64,000 bases of DNA from a virus, in the IMG/VR virus record IMGVR_UViG_3300037851_000215, positions 30,219 to 94,218 of that record. The stretch is one strand, 5' to 3'. The notes below the pieces were generated by a model. It did not search any database, was not told the DNA's origin, and saw only the letters and a list, made by a program, of their open reading frames with translations. Position numbers and translations under genes: made by a program. The first letter of the stretch is position 1. Every line of letters starts with the position of its first letter. Below are positions 28,534-38,609 of this stretch, piece after piece.

Positions 28534-31500
28534 AATACATTTGTTACATCAATGTCAACATTAGATATACGTAATTGATAATTATTACTATCATTTAAAT
28601 ATTTCATTCTAGCAATAACAAATTTAGTAATAAATTGTGATTTATCATACCAGTTTTTAGATAAATTAAGTGAAGCAGTTACTAAATCAAAATTATTATC
28701 TAAAACTGATAAATTAGGAGAAGTTAAATAATCTTTAATATCATTAAATATCCATTCACCATCTTGATATAATGTATTGCCTATTTCCTGTAATACATAT
28801 GGAGCTGTACTACCATATGTATATTCTTTTTTAACTACTGTTATTTCTTCACTACATAAATTTTTAGAATAAAATAATAAACTATGAATTGTACTATTCC
28901 AATAATTAATGCCAGATTTATATAAATTAGAAGTCCATTTAAAAGACTTTAATAAAAATCTTCTATTTTTATTATCATTAAATATCCAATCTATAATAGA
29001 ATAATTATAAACAGAATTATAATAACCATAGTTACCAGTAAACATTTTTCTAAAAATAGTATTACCACCCGTTTCTATAGCATACATCATTCCATTACTA
29101 TTCCATATATATTTATCAGGAGTATAAGAATGAAATGCAATCCAAAGTCCAGTTTCAAATTGAAAACTTAAAGTTAAATTTAAAATAATACTAGTATTAC
29201 TATTTTTAATAGTAACTAATAATCTTTTATATAAATCATCATATCCTAATATAACACCACTACCTATTGTTTCTTTAGTGTCGAAAGCCATAGTAGTTTT
29301 TACAGTAGTTCTAAACCAATCTTCAATACCTAATTTACTTATTTCATTTAATTTATCAGAAATTTGATAAACACTACCTCTATTCAAATCAACTACTATA
29401 AGTCCATATGGTGTAAGAATAGTACCTTCTCTATTCCATGGTTTAATATAATTACCATCAGCATCGTGTAATTCTTCTAATGGTCTATCAAACATATCAG
29501 TAGATTTAAGAGCAATATCAATATCAGTTGCTCTTAATTTGTCCATTACTATTCCTCTATAAATACTAAATTCAGTTTGAATATATGTAATATAATCATT
29601 ACCAAGTGCTTTATATATAGCACCTTTATTTGTAGGAATATCGAAGTAATCTAATATCTTATATTTATGCCAATATTTAGAACTACTTTCTAATGGTTGT
29701 GGTATAGAACTTTGAATACGATTAGGATAATAAGTATTTATATTAGTTAAATCATCATCTATACTATCTTGTCTTAATGTATTTAATAAATGATATAAAT
29801 TGCTATAAATATAATAATTAGCAATACCTGCATCTTGCATTGCTTGAATATATGTTTGTACATTTTCATTATTAAATACAGTAATATCAGTTAAAGGAAA
29901 AAACTTTTCATATTCGTTTTCACCTTCATATCTCATACCAGTATTAAGAATACTTTCAACAGGAAAATACCAAACAGAAGGAACTATATCTTCATCATCA
30001 TTAAGCACAAATCTTAATACAGAATTATGACCAACATAGTTATCCCCCCCATATAAAGAAAATGCACTAGTAGCACCGAGACTTTTAATAACACCTGTAC
30101 TAACTAATTCTTGATTACTAAAATTGAGATAAACATCATTCTTAATATTTATAAAATTAACTAAACGTTTATCAAAGCTACCACTTTCTGTTTCAAAATA
30201 ATAACAATTTTCTTTATTTTCGTTACTAGGTACTGTTGCAGTACTATAAGCAGGTAAATATTTTATAAGATTAACTTCACTATATACAGCTGTTTGTAAT
30301 GTATAATTAGTTATTTCTTTAATATAAGCACCATCTGTATAATCAGTTGATTGTAAATTTAATTCAGCTTTAATATGTGATGGTATTATATTAAGATTAT
30401 TAGCCATACTATCAAATCCATGAAATCTATATCCTATACCATCTTCAAATGCTAAACTTTGATCTAACATAAGTTGATCGTTAAGAGTACGTTTAGCATA
30501 TAATATTTCCCAACCATCTACAACAGCAGATAAAGAATTTCTTATAGCAATCGGTATATTATTCCAATCTAATGCAATACGAAGTCCTAATATTTCTTGA
30601 TTAGAGGTAGCTTCGTATTCAGATATAGTACATCCATTACCTTGTTCAATAGATACAACAAATCCACCATCGCTAGCTGCACTTAAACAAGATACTTCTA
30701 TTGTAATATAATCTCCTGTATTTAATTCAATATCTTCATTACAAGATAAAGTTATTAATTCAGGTGTGGTAGTTGCTACTTGTGATAGATTTACTATAGT
30801 AGACTCAGTATAAGTGCTATCACTATTCTTTTTATATTTTTTAATTAATAAATATGCGCTACCTTTAGTACCACTATATTCTATTACTTGATAATCTATA
30901 TCAAAATTAAGATTTATAGTAGTATTATATTTAGCAGTATATGTATTTACTAAAGATATACCTGGACCAGCTATTGTATAATCTCCTAGAGAACCAACTT
31001 TATTATTAGTTAATGCTCCATAATAACCATTTGTACTATAATTAAATTCATCTGGTGTTAATGATATAGTATTAACTAATGATGCATCATTTACTGTATG
31101 TACTACACCACCTTTCCATCCATGTAATTGACCAGCACTTGGAAATCTATGATGACGTACTTTATTATTACCTAAATTATCACCATATTTATTACCATAT
31201 GTTTCATTTTCATTTTCCCAAAATCCCATTTTACCATAATAATTACCTTGTTTACTAGCACTACTAGTAAGTTTGTAATTATCTATAGCATCACCATCTA
31301 CAGTAGTTTGTGCACTATTTTCAGTTCCAAGTGCTTCTCTACCAGGAATATGATAAATTCCATAATATCCACCAGTTTTAAGTCTAAGACCTAAATATAA
31401 AGCATATACTTCATCACTTCTAAATCCACGTTTATTAAAAATAAAAACACTATCTTTATAACTATTTTTTGTAGTAGATAAAGATGCTACTGTATCATTT

Positions 31501-32753
31501 ACCCAGTTAACAGTTAATATATCAGTTTTACATGTACCATCTGTTGCACTATCTAAACCTGTTGTTGTAGTATATGTAAATACACTAGGACCACTAACAG
31601 TAACAACAAAGTGTCCATTATATGCAGCTACACTCCAACCATTCATTGTAACTATATCATTGTTAGTTAAATTATGTGCTGCACTAGTAGTTACAGTTAC
31701 AGTTGTACCATTTCTAGATGCACTTGAAACAGATATAGTTCTAGGAGTTAATATATTATCATATATATCATCTAAACTAAGTTTAGTAGGTTTAGTTAAA
31801 TTATATAATCGAAGTCTTTTATTAGACTGTGTAATACTCTTTACTAATGAATATGCTGGTGAAGAAATAACTACTTCATTTAAATTAAATAAAGTCAAAT
31901 TATCTAAATCATCTATAATTACATTTACACCAGTACTTGCAATTCTATATCGTTTAGTAATAAAACATTGAATTGATTGTTCAGTTTTTTGAATTACGGC
32001 AATTTTGAAATAAGAATAGTCAGTGTCTAAATTACTTACATTAGCAATTATTGCTTTACTTGTTTGAACAAGACTAGCATTACCTTTAAATTGTTTATAA
32101 GATGTTAAAGTATCATCTAACGTAATAAAAATTGGATTAGAAATAACACCAAAATTAGTATTAACTTCTGGTTCTAATTCATAAGTTAAAGCCAGAAAAT
32201 ATGCAGCAGCAGGAAGATTACCACCATTAATTACACCACCAGTAATTGTTCCTTCTGCTAAATTAAAATTATTATGTTCAAATTCAGGAAATAAATATAA
32301 TTGTTTTAAATCTGCATCAGATGATATAGTTATAGCAGCACTTGTATTCATTATCATTGGTTTGTGAAAACCAGTAGTCCAAGCTATAATTAATTCACCA
32401 TCAGAATTATAATAATATACCCCTTCTATATAAATTCCTACATACACAGAAGGATTAATATTAAAAAAAGTAGTACCACCACTAATTAAATCAACAACTG
32501 TAGCAGTGGCACTTACTTTTTTAATATATGTTTTAGTATTTGAAGTATTCCATAGAAATAAGATAACTTCATTAGGAGTTACAATTCTTCCAATAAATTT
32601 ATGATTAGTTAAAGTAGCAATGTACTCACTATCACCAGGTTCATTTTCAATTTCATCAAAACCTCGACTTAATAGTACATTTTTAGCATATGCCCATGTA
32701 CCAGCAGCACTATCACTAAACTTACTATCTAATCGTAAACCTTTTAATTGCAT
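28530..32753 (-). CDS. Tail muzzle / stabilisation protein (1407 aa)
   Basis: Size, synteny and motifs (KRGFRSDEVYALY, YHIPGRE, MGFWENENETY, VRHHRFP, WIAFHSYTPD) recalled from crAss-like tail stabilisation proteins. Confidence 0.8.
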   Translation of the reverse strand: MQLKGLRLDSKFSDSAAGTWAYAKNVLLSRGFDEIENEPGDSEYIATLTNHKFIGRIVTPNEVILFLWNTSNTKTYIKKVSATATVVDLISGGTTFFNINPSVYVGIYIEGVYYYNSDGELIIAWTTGFHKPMIMNTSAAITISSDADLKQLYLFPEFEHNNFNLAEGTITGGVINGGNLPAAAYFLALTYELEPEVNTNFGVISNPIFITLDDTLTSYKQFKGNASLVQTSKAIIANVSNLDTDYSYFKIAVIQKTEQSIQCFITKRYRIASTGVNVIIDDLDNLTLFNLNEVVISSPAYSLVKSITQSNKRLRLYNLTKPTKLSLDDIYDNILTPRTISVSSASRNGTTVTVTTSAAHNLTNNDIVTMNGWSVAAYNGHFVVTVSGPSVFTYTTTTGLDSATDGTCKTDILTVNWVNDTVASLSTTKNSYKDSVFIFNKRGFRSDEVYALYLGLRLKTGGYYGIYHIPGREALGTENSAQTTVDGDAIDNYKLTSSASKQGNYYGKMGFWENENETYGNKYGDNLGNNKVRHHRFPSAGQLHGWKGGVVHTVNDASLVNTISLTPDEFNYSTNGYYGALTNNKVGSLGDYTIAGPGISLVNTYTAKYNTTINLNFDIDYQVIEYSGTKGSAYLLIKKYKKNSDSTYTESTIVNLSQVATTTPELITLSCNEDIELNTGDYITIEVSCLSAASDGGFVVSIEQGNGCTISEYEATSNQEILGLRIALDWNNIPIAIRNSLSAVVDGWEILYAKRTLNDQLMLDQSLAFEDGIGYRFHGFDSMANNLNIIPSHIKAELNLQSTDYTDGAYIKEITNYTLQTAVYSEVNLIKYLPAYSTATVPSNENKENCYYFETESGSFDKRLVNFINIKNDVYLNFSNQELVSTGVIKSLGATSAFSLYGGDNYVGHNSVLRFVLNDDEDIVPSVWYFPVESILNTGMRYEGENEYEKFFPLTDITVFNNENVQTYIQAMQDAGIANYYIYSNLYHLLNTLRQDSIDDDLTNINTYYPNRIQSSIPQPLESSSKYWHKYKILDYFDIPTNKGAIYKALGNDYITYIQTEFSIYRGIVMDKLRATDIDIALKSTDMFDRPLEELHDADGNYIKPWNREGTILTPYGLIVVDLNRGSVYQISDKLNEISKLGIEDWFRTTVKTTMAFDTKETIGSGVILGYDDLYKRLLVTIKNSNTSIILNLTLSFQFETGLWIAFHSYTPDKYIWNSNGMMYAIETGGNTIFRKMFTGNYGYYNSVYNYSIIDWIFNDNKNRRFLLKSFKWTSNLYKSGINYWNSTIHSLLFYSKNLCSEEITVVKKEYTYGSTAPYVLQEIGNTLYQDGEWIFNDIKDYLTSPNLSVLDNNFDLVTASLNLSKNWYDKSQFITKFVIARMKYLNDSNNYQLRISNVDIDVTNVL

Positions 32754-32754
32754 T

Positions 32755-33234
32755 TTATTTACTTTTTTCTACAATTGGAAGAATACCTTTCATTTGAGCA
32801 GGAGTAATTGAAAATGGAATATACTTTTTAGGAATGGGCTCAAATTTAAATTCACTATCTTTTTCTAGAAATTTAGTAAAATCAGATGTTAATGTTTCAT
32901 GCTCAATAATAACATCTTTATACTTTTCTTTTAGTAAATTAATTTCCTCATCAAATTTAACTGGATTAGAAATAGCAACTCCTGTCTTAGTGGTTAAATA
33001 TGTACCATTTTCATTTTTTATTGCATATTCATGTAATATTTTATCAGATGCAATTAAATATGCTTTATAATCATCTGTAGCTTTAGGACGTAATTTTTCA
33101 ATATCTCTAATCATTTTTTCTACATCTTCTTGTATAATAGCAAGACGATATGAAAATTCAATAGTATTGTTATTAGATAAATTAGCACATGCTACAATAC
33201 CTCTATTTAAAGAGTATAATTCATTTCTTGTCAT
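32755..33234 (-). CDS. Hypothetical protein, possible tail-fibre assembly chaperone (159 aa)
   Basis: ORF track; helical, follows fibre genes. Confidence 0.5.
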   Translation of the reverse strand: MTRNELYSLNRGIVACANLSNNNTIEFSYRLAIIQEDVEKMIRDIEKLRPKATDDYKAYLIASDKILHEYAIKNENGTYLTTKTGVAISNPVKFDEEINLLKEKYKDVIIEHETLTSDFTKFLEKDSEFKFEPIPKKYIPFSITPAQMKGILPIVEKSK

Positions 33235-33395
33235 TACGATAATAATATAGTTAATACTATTATACCTACAATAAATCCAATTGTAATAAGAACCATTTTA
33301 GTTCTATTATTTTTAATTGGATTAGTACCACTACCTGTACCATTATCATCTATTGGAGCAGGTGAATCTGTTGAATTGTCTGTGCGTTTTGCCAT
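33234..33395 (-). CDS. Small membrane protein (53 aa, single C-terminal TM helix)
   Basis: Below ORF-track cutoff: MAKRTDNSTDSPAPIDDNGTGSGTNPIKNNRTKMVLITIGFIVGIIVLTILLS; stop overlaps next ATG (TAATG). Confidence 0.75.
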   Translation of the reverse strand: MAKRTDNSTDSPAPIDDNGTGSGTNPIKNNRTKMVLITIGFIVGIIVLTILLS

Positions 33396-33422
33396 GATTA
33401 ATAATTTAAGTTAATATTAAAA

Positions 33423-34793
33423 TTAAGGTGGTGTTATTGCATCAAGTGTAACTATTACTGTATCTGTACTATATATACCATAAGAACAAGTAACATTAAC
33501 TTGACAGAATACATTATCTGATATTGTAACATTACCACTACCAGCTGCATTTGAATTATGAGTTATACTATATGGTATAGATGTACCTGATAAACAATCA
33601 ATTGTTAAATATAATCTAATTGTTGTATTTCCTTCTAATTCAACATCACCGGTGTATTCATATGCTTCAAAGTTGCTATTAGCTTCAGAAAGAACAACTT
33701 GTACTGCAATAGGAGCTGGTTTAGCTCCCTGCACAACTTCAATTTCAAATTCATTATGATCTGTATCATGAAATACAAAAGAAGAAGGACCAATAGCTGA
33801 GTAAGTATTATTGTTAGCTGTAGGAAATATACGTATTTCAGCACCAGAGCTATATGGACCACCACCAACAGTCATATCAGCACCGCCACTATCTTTAATC
33901 CCAAATCCTGTTGGTATTGTATCTATATGCCAATTATCATTAGATGTAACAATGTGTGATACTTCATAATATGCATAACCACCTTCATCCCAATCCCAAC
34001 CAAAACTAGTTTCATCATCTGGAGCTGATATCCAATGAGTTAAAGTAAAAGTACCTTGTGATTTAATAGTCTTACTACCCCAAGTTTCACCAGTTCCACC
34101 AGGAAATTCAATATATCCACTAGGTTCAGAACTTGTCCAAGATGTAGCGCTTGCAGATGATATAAAAAGTTTCCATGTAATGGTACCTGGATCCATTGAA
34201 ACAGGACTTGGAAAACCTAAGAAAGTAGGATTATCTGGATCACTTAAATCTAATGTTAAGTCAAAAGATAAATTTGTACCATCTGAAACAGTACCAAATG
34301 TTTTATAATAACTACCTACTTTTACGCCCCAATAATATGAACCATATCCTAAATCTGATAATAAAATTCTAACACTAGCAGATACAGTATTCATATTAGC
34401 AACAAAAGTTGCAACACATCCACTACCTGTTATATTTGGTGTTATAGATGCTGGAACAACTGCATTTCCACTAGTACACCATATAACAGGTCCAGCTACA
34501 TCTTTATCATGTTCATATCCTCTAAAATCACCTAATCTAACTGGTTCATCAGGACTACCACCAGGACTACCCCCTTGTGGTTGTAAATAATTCCAATTAG
34601 TTGGTAAATTTAAACCATATTTACTGTTACTACCAGCAGGCCAATTTGAACCATCTCCTGCATCTCTAATTGGTTTATACCTAGACCATTTATTTATATT
34701 AGCAGATGTGCCTAATGCAAATAGAGCATAAGTACTTTCTCCTAAAGTATTCCTTACAGTAACAATATCAATATTCGTAGTTCCTAATGCCAT
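33423..34793 (-). CDS. Tail fibre/receptor-binding-associated protein (456 aa)
   Basis: N-terminal INKWSRYKP...PVRLGDFRGYEH module resembling Bacteroidota phage fibre-associated proteins, then beta-rich Ig-like segments. Confidence 0.6.
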   Translation of the reverse strand: MALGTTNIDIVTVRNTLGESTYALFALGTSANINKWSRYKPIRDAGDGSNWPAGSNSKYGLNLPTNWNYLQPQGGSPGGSPDEPVRLGDFRGYEHDKDVAGPVIWCTSGNAVVPASITPNITGSGCVATFVANMNTVSASVRILLSDLGYGSYYWGVKVGSYYKTFGTVSDGTNLSFDLTLDLSDPDNPTFLGFPSPVSMDPGTITWKLFISSASATSWTSSEPSGYIEFPGGTGETWGSKTIKSQGTFTLTHWISAPDDETSFGWDWDEGGYAYYEVSHIVTSNDNWHIDTIPTGFGIKDSGGADMTVGGGPYSSGAEIRIFPTANNNTYSAIGPSSFVFHDTDHNEFEIEVVQGAKPAPIAVQVVLSEANSNFEAYEYTGDVELEGNTTIRLYLTIDCLSGTSIPYSITHNSNAAGSGNVTISDNVFCQVNVTCSYGIYSTDTVIVTLDAITPP

Positions 34794-36811
34794 TATGTAC
34801 TATATGCTATAACATTACCTTTTGAATAAATTGTATTTTCAAACGTAGCTGAAGAAGAACCTATTGTCACTTTAGTAGTTGTAGCTCTTTGTAAAACTAG
34901 GTCCTCATCATAACTACTTATGATACCTTCATCAACAATTAATCTTTTATTAAAATAATAAGATGATCTATCAGTAATAAAATGTGAATAACCACTATTT
35001 TGGGGACCGATTTCAATATATCCACTATCAGTCGTTACTTTAACTGCATTTCCTGTGCCTTCACTTATTAAAGTATTTGAATCATTAAGATTTATATAAG
35101 CTGTTGTGAGTGTATTTGAGAGACTCGCATTTGTTCCATAAATAGTTGCCCATCGAAGAGTGCTATAACCTAAGTAATAAGTGTTATCACCATTAGGATA
35201 AAAGTGCTGACTTGAAACATTATAGCCAGCATTAATTGACAAGCCGTCATATTTCGTTCCTGACGAATTATAAACTGCAAAATTTAATATACCTAAATTT
35301 AATTCAATTAACGAAGCAGCTGAACCTGTATTTATTCTTCCATAGATCGGACCGCCTACAGCTATATTATTCCCAATCCAAGCCTGACCATAAGAAACAC
35401 CGGGACTACCCGCTCCTATTGTTAAATTACAATCAGTAGTATCGTCCGAAAATAATAATATTCTTGTGCTTTCATGATTACCAGTAACAACTACCCCATT
35501 TGCAGATGTTTCAAGTTTCTTATTTGAACCGTGATATAATTCTACTGGTCCATTATTATTTAATACAATTTTTGTGGTCGTCCCACGACCAACATATAAT
35601 TGCATATTGTAATCACTTACTGTTGCGATATAATTAGTGTTTTCTACACCAGTAGTATCAAAATACACACCATTACCAACCCCTCTAATATAATTATGTC
35701 CAGTAACTACTACTCCAGTATTAACAGTTTCAAGTTTCTGTGAATTATCATAATTTAATCCGATACCACCGTCAAGATATGCGATTATACAATAATCATT
35801 ATAATCTCGTCCTATCCATAAATAAGATAAACTATCATTACTACCTAATGCACCAAATCCACCAAATACAGCATTAGTCGTTTTGTTATAAAATCCATAT
35901 CTTCTTGCCCAACCACCACCAGCAGCACCAGATGATGAAATACCAAAACCATAATATCCACCAGCTTCTCCAATCTTTATGTTATTAGTAGAACCAGTAA
36001 CTGTTACATCTCCAGTAAAAGTAGGATTAGTAAACATAGTTGTCTTACTTTCGTTAGTAACATTACCTAATCCTACATCACTAGCAACTAATCCATGTGC
36101 ACTCCAAGCAAACGTATTAGTACCAGTTGCTTTTAAAAATTGACCACTAGTACAAGTTGCACTATGAGCACTAACTATATCATGATCTGCTGGTATAAGT
36201 ACACTATCTAATATAGATAATACACCAGCATTCATTTCCATTTGACTATCATCTAATATAAAACCACCCATTGTAGAATTAGTAGCTGCGGGCATATCAT
36301 CCCAAAAACTACTACTAGGTGGAGAAGTTTGATATGCTATTACATTACCTGTTACAGAAAGATGACCTGCAGAACTAATTGTACTACCTGTTGAAACTAA
36401 TACTTTATCATGTCCAGTTCCATCCCAAATAAGTATTTCTCTATCTACTGATGCACTACTAGGTTGAGCTATAGCATTTACATCATTATAATCTAAACCA
36501 TGCGCAGAAAATCCATATGTAGTAGCACTAGTTGCTTTTAAAAAATGACCTGTTGTTAAACCACTTACTGGATGATTTGTAGTATCAATTAGATCATGTA
36601 TTCTAGGTGCATAATCACCAAATACTTCTTCTAATGCTGCATTGAGATTATCTGTACCTACAATTTCCCAACCATCTACTTTATGTTTTCTACTTAGATT
36701 GATTAAATGATAAAAAACATTATCTTTACTACAATAAACAAGTTGATCTGAGTAAATATTTTTCAGACCATATAATTCTTGTTTCTTACTTATAGTAATA
36801 ATATTATTCAC
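34793..36811 (-). CDS. Tail fibre protein with internal repeats (672 aa)
   Basis: DVGLGNVTN motif; duplicated FLKAT...SAHGL, KLET...GVVVTG and GNVIAY segments. Confidence 0.75.
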   Translation of the reverse strand: MNNIITISKKQELYGLKNIYSDQLVYCSKDNVFYHLINLSRKHKVDGWEIVGTDNLNAALEEVFGDYAPRIHDLIDTTNHPVSGLTTGHFLKATSATTYGFSAHGLDYNDVNAIAQPSSASVDREILIWDGTGHDKVLVSTGSTISSAGHLSVTGNVIAYQTSPPSSSFWDDMPAATNSTMGGFILDDSQMEMNAGVLSILDSVLIPADHDIVSAHSATCTSGQFLKATGTNTFAWSAHGLVASDVGLGNVTNESKTTMFTNPTFTGDVTVTGSTNNIKIGEAGGYYGFGISSSGAAGGGWARRYGFYNKTTNAVFGGFGALGSNDSLSYLWIGRDYNDYCIIAYLDGGIGLNYDNSQKLETVNTGVVVTGHNYIRGVGNGVYFDTTGVENTNYIATVSDYNMQLYVGRGTTTKIVLNNNGPVELYHGSNKKLETSANGVVVTGNHESTRILLFSDDTTDCNLTIGAGSPGVSYGQAWIGNNIAVGGPIYGRINTGSAASLIELNLGILNFAVYNSSGTKYDGLSINAGYNVSSQHFYPNGDNTYYLGYSTLRWATIYGTNASLSNTLTTAYINLNDSNTLISEGTGNAVKVTTDSGYIEIGPQNSGYSHFITDRSSYYFNKRLIVDEGIISSYDEDLVLQRATTTKVTIGSSSATFENTIYSKGNVIAYST

Positions 36812-37556
36812 TAATACCTGTTTGTCCAGTTATACTTTCAGATAGATTTATATTATTATCATTTCTAAAATCACCATTTATAGGTCTATCTGTATCAATT
36901 AAAAATGTTCTAAGTAATCTACTCATTTCAGCTCTATCCTCAGGATCAAATCCACTAGCTTGGTTCATAGCTTTCTTAGATTCTACTTCCCACATTAGAT
37001 AAGGATTTGTAATAGGATTTTTATTTTCTAATGAATAAATAGGATGTTTATGTCCTCGTCTAAGCATACAATACATAAGATACCATCCTATTGCATCTTG
37101 TATTATAGAATTATTTGGAATTTTAGGTAAATATACTTGCAGTTCTTGTTCCCATTCAATAGCTGCAACTTGATAATATAATCTAACAGTACCTTCTTCA
37201 AAAGAAAGAACTAAATATCCATTCTTTATACTATAACTTTCGGTACTTAAATATTCACATTCAACAGTAGGTTGTTTAATAGGATTAACAACATTTAATC
37301 TTTTAATTAAATAACCATCATATTCAACACCTAATATACGTTTAATATCAGATGGTACATTATCAGGTAGTTGTGCAATATGATCTACTACATCTAAATC
37401 AATATAAGTATCTTCATAAGAAGATATAAACAATAATCTATCTAAAGCATCAGCTATCCATAAAGGAGCACGTGATATCCAATCACTATAATCAATATCA
37501 AAGTTATTATCAATTCTAGCAATAACTTGTTTTGCTGATGTAAGTTGATAAATCAT
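36804..37556 (-). CDS. Tail ring/tubular protein (250 aa)
   Basis: Synteny upstream of fibres and muzzle; SAKQVIARI...WIADAL N-terminus and LPKIP motif resemble crAss-like ring proteins. Confidence 0.6.
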   Translation of the reverse strand: MIYQLTSAKQVIARIDNNFDIDYSDWISRAPLWIADALDRLLFISSYEDTYIDLDVVDHIAQLPDNVPSDIKRILGVEYDGYLIKRLNVVNPIKQPTVECEYLSTESYSIKNGYLVLSFEEGTVRLYYQVAAIEWEQELQVYLPKIPNNSIIQDAIGWYLMYCMLRRGHKHPIYSLENKNPITNPYLMWEVESKKAMNQASGFDPEDRAEMSRLLRTFLIDTDRPINGDFRNDNNINLSESITGQTGISE

Positions 37557-37559
37557 ACT

Positions 37560-37591
37560 TAAATATATGAAAAAAATTTAATATATGCAAA
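37560..37591 (-). promoter_or_regulatory. Bacteroidota sigma70-like promoter (TTTG-N20-TATATTTA)
   Basis: Minus strand TTTGCATATATTAAATTTTTTTCATATATTTA, just downstream of a terminator; 27/32 identical to the element at 61853-61884. Confidence 0.6.
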
Positions 37592-37600
37592 CAAAATAGT

Positions 37601-37633
37601 AAAAAAAGTGTAGCTCAATTAAGAGCTACACTT
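37601..37633 (-). terminator. Intrinsic terminator
   Basis: AAGTGTAGCTC-TTAATT-GAGCTACACTT 11-bp stem followed by T-run on minus strand. Confidence 0.85.
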
Positions 37634-37644
37634 AGATTTCAAGA

Positions 37645-38091
37645 TTAATCAGCAACAAGGAATTTAGTAGTAGTCCAACCTACAGTATCGTCTTGATAAA
37701 TCATAAAATAACTGTATAAAGCAGTGCCACTTAAAGCAGCTCCAGCAGTACCACTATCTATCTTTTGAGCAGCCTGTGGATAAATTTTTAATACAGCATT
37801 TGTAGCGTTTAATACAAGATGCACATCACCTGCTACTCCTGTAGGAAGTTGTACACCTTTTGTAGCATCTGCTCCAGTAACTAAATGAATAAATTTACTA
37901 GCAGATAAATCAGTAGCATCACCGATAACACTTCCAGCAGCTGCTACAATTTCTGCAACAGCTCCACGTAATATAGCAGTAATAGATGCAAGATTACTTG
38001 CTATATTAGTTACATTTGTATTATAACCATCAACTAATTCATTGATTTTGAGATTAGCTTTAGTTATAAGTTTACCAGGTAAAGTTTGCAT
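37645..38091 (-). CDS. Putative capsid decoration / short fibre protein (148 aa)
   Basis: Coiled-coil N-terminus plus beta-rich C-terminal head (GADATKGVQLP...LKIYP); own terminator suggests high expression. Confidence 0.45.
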   Translation of the reverse strand: MQTLPGKLITKANLKINELVDGYNTNVTNIASNLASITAILRGAVAEIVAAAGSVIGDATDLSASKFIHLVTGADATKGVQLPTGVAGDVHLVLNATNAVLKIYPQAAQKIDSGTAGAALSGTALYSYFMIYQDDTVGWTTTKFLVAD

Positions 38092-38103
38092 AATAAAATG
38101 TTT

Positions 38104-38589
38104 TTAATTGTTAGTATTAGATGTATTTTCTATTGCATGTTCAATATTAGTTGTAATTTTATCATTAAATTCACGTAAAGCAAGAGCACCCCCTATAAAT
38201 AAAGAAATGCAAGTAATTACAATTACACCAAGTGCAATCTTAGGATATTTTTTAATAACAGTATATTCAAGTAAATCTTCATTTAATTTAATAAATTTAC
38301 CATCTGTTTCTTTTTTTAAATTATTAATTATATCAGTTTGAGGACAATCTACAATTCTAGTATGTTCATGATGCTCGTTATAGTCCTCAAGTTGATTAAC
38401 TCTACCATTAGTTAATGTAGTTTGTTTTTCTACACCTCCTAATCTACTTTCAAGTTTATCTAAACGTTCAGTAACATCATCAAATCTACTATGAAAATTA
38501 TTAAATTCAGCATTCATATGTTTAGTTAAACCTTTAATCCTATCGCTAAACAATTTATCAAGAATAGCAATATCATTAGCATCTATCAT
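38104..38589 (-). CDS. Coiled-coil membrane protein, holin-like candidate (161 aa)
   Basis: Coiled coil with QTTLTNGRVNQLE and C-terminal TM helix IALGVIVITCISLFIGGALAL. Confidence 0.5.
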   Translation of the reverse strand: MIDANDIAILDKLFSDRIKGLTKHMNAEFNNFHSRFDDVTERLDKLESRLGGVEKQTTLTNGRVNQLEDYNEHHEHTRIVDCPQTDIINNLKKETDGKFIKLNEDLLEYTVIKKYPKIALGVIVITCISLFIGGALALREFNDKITTNIEHAIENTSNTNN

Positions 38590-38609
38590 AACTGTTGTTT
38601 TAAAGGGGG

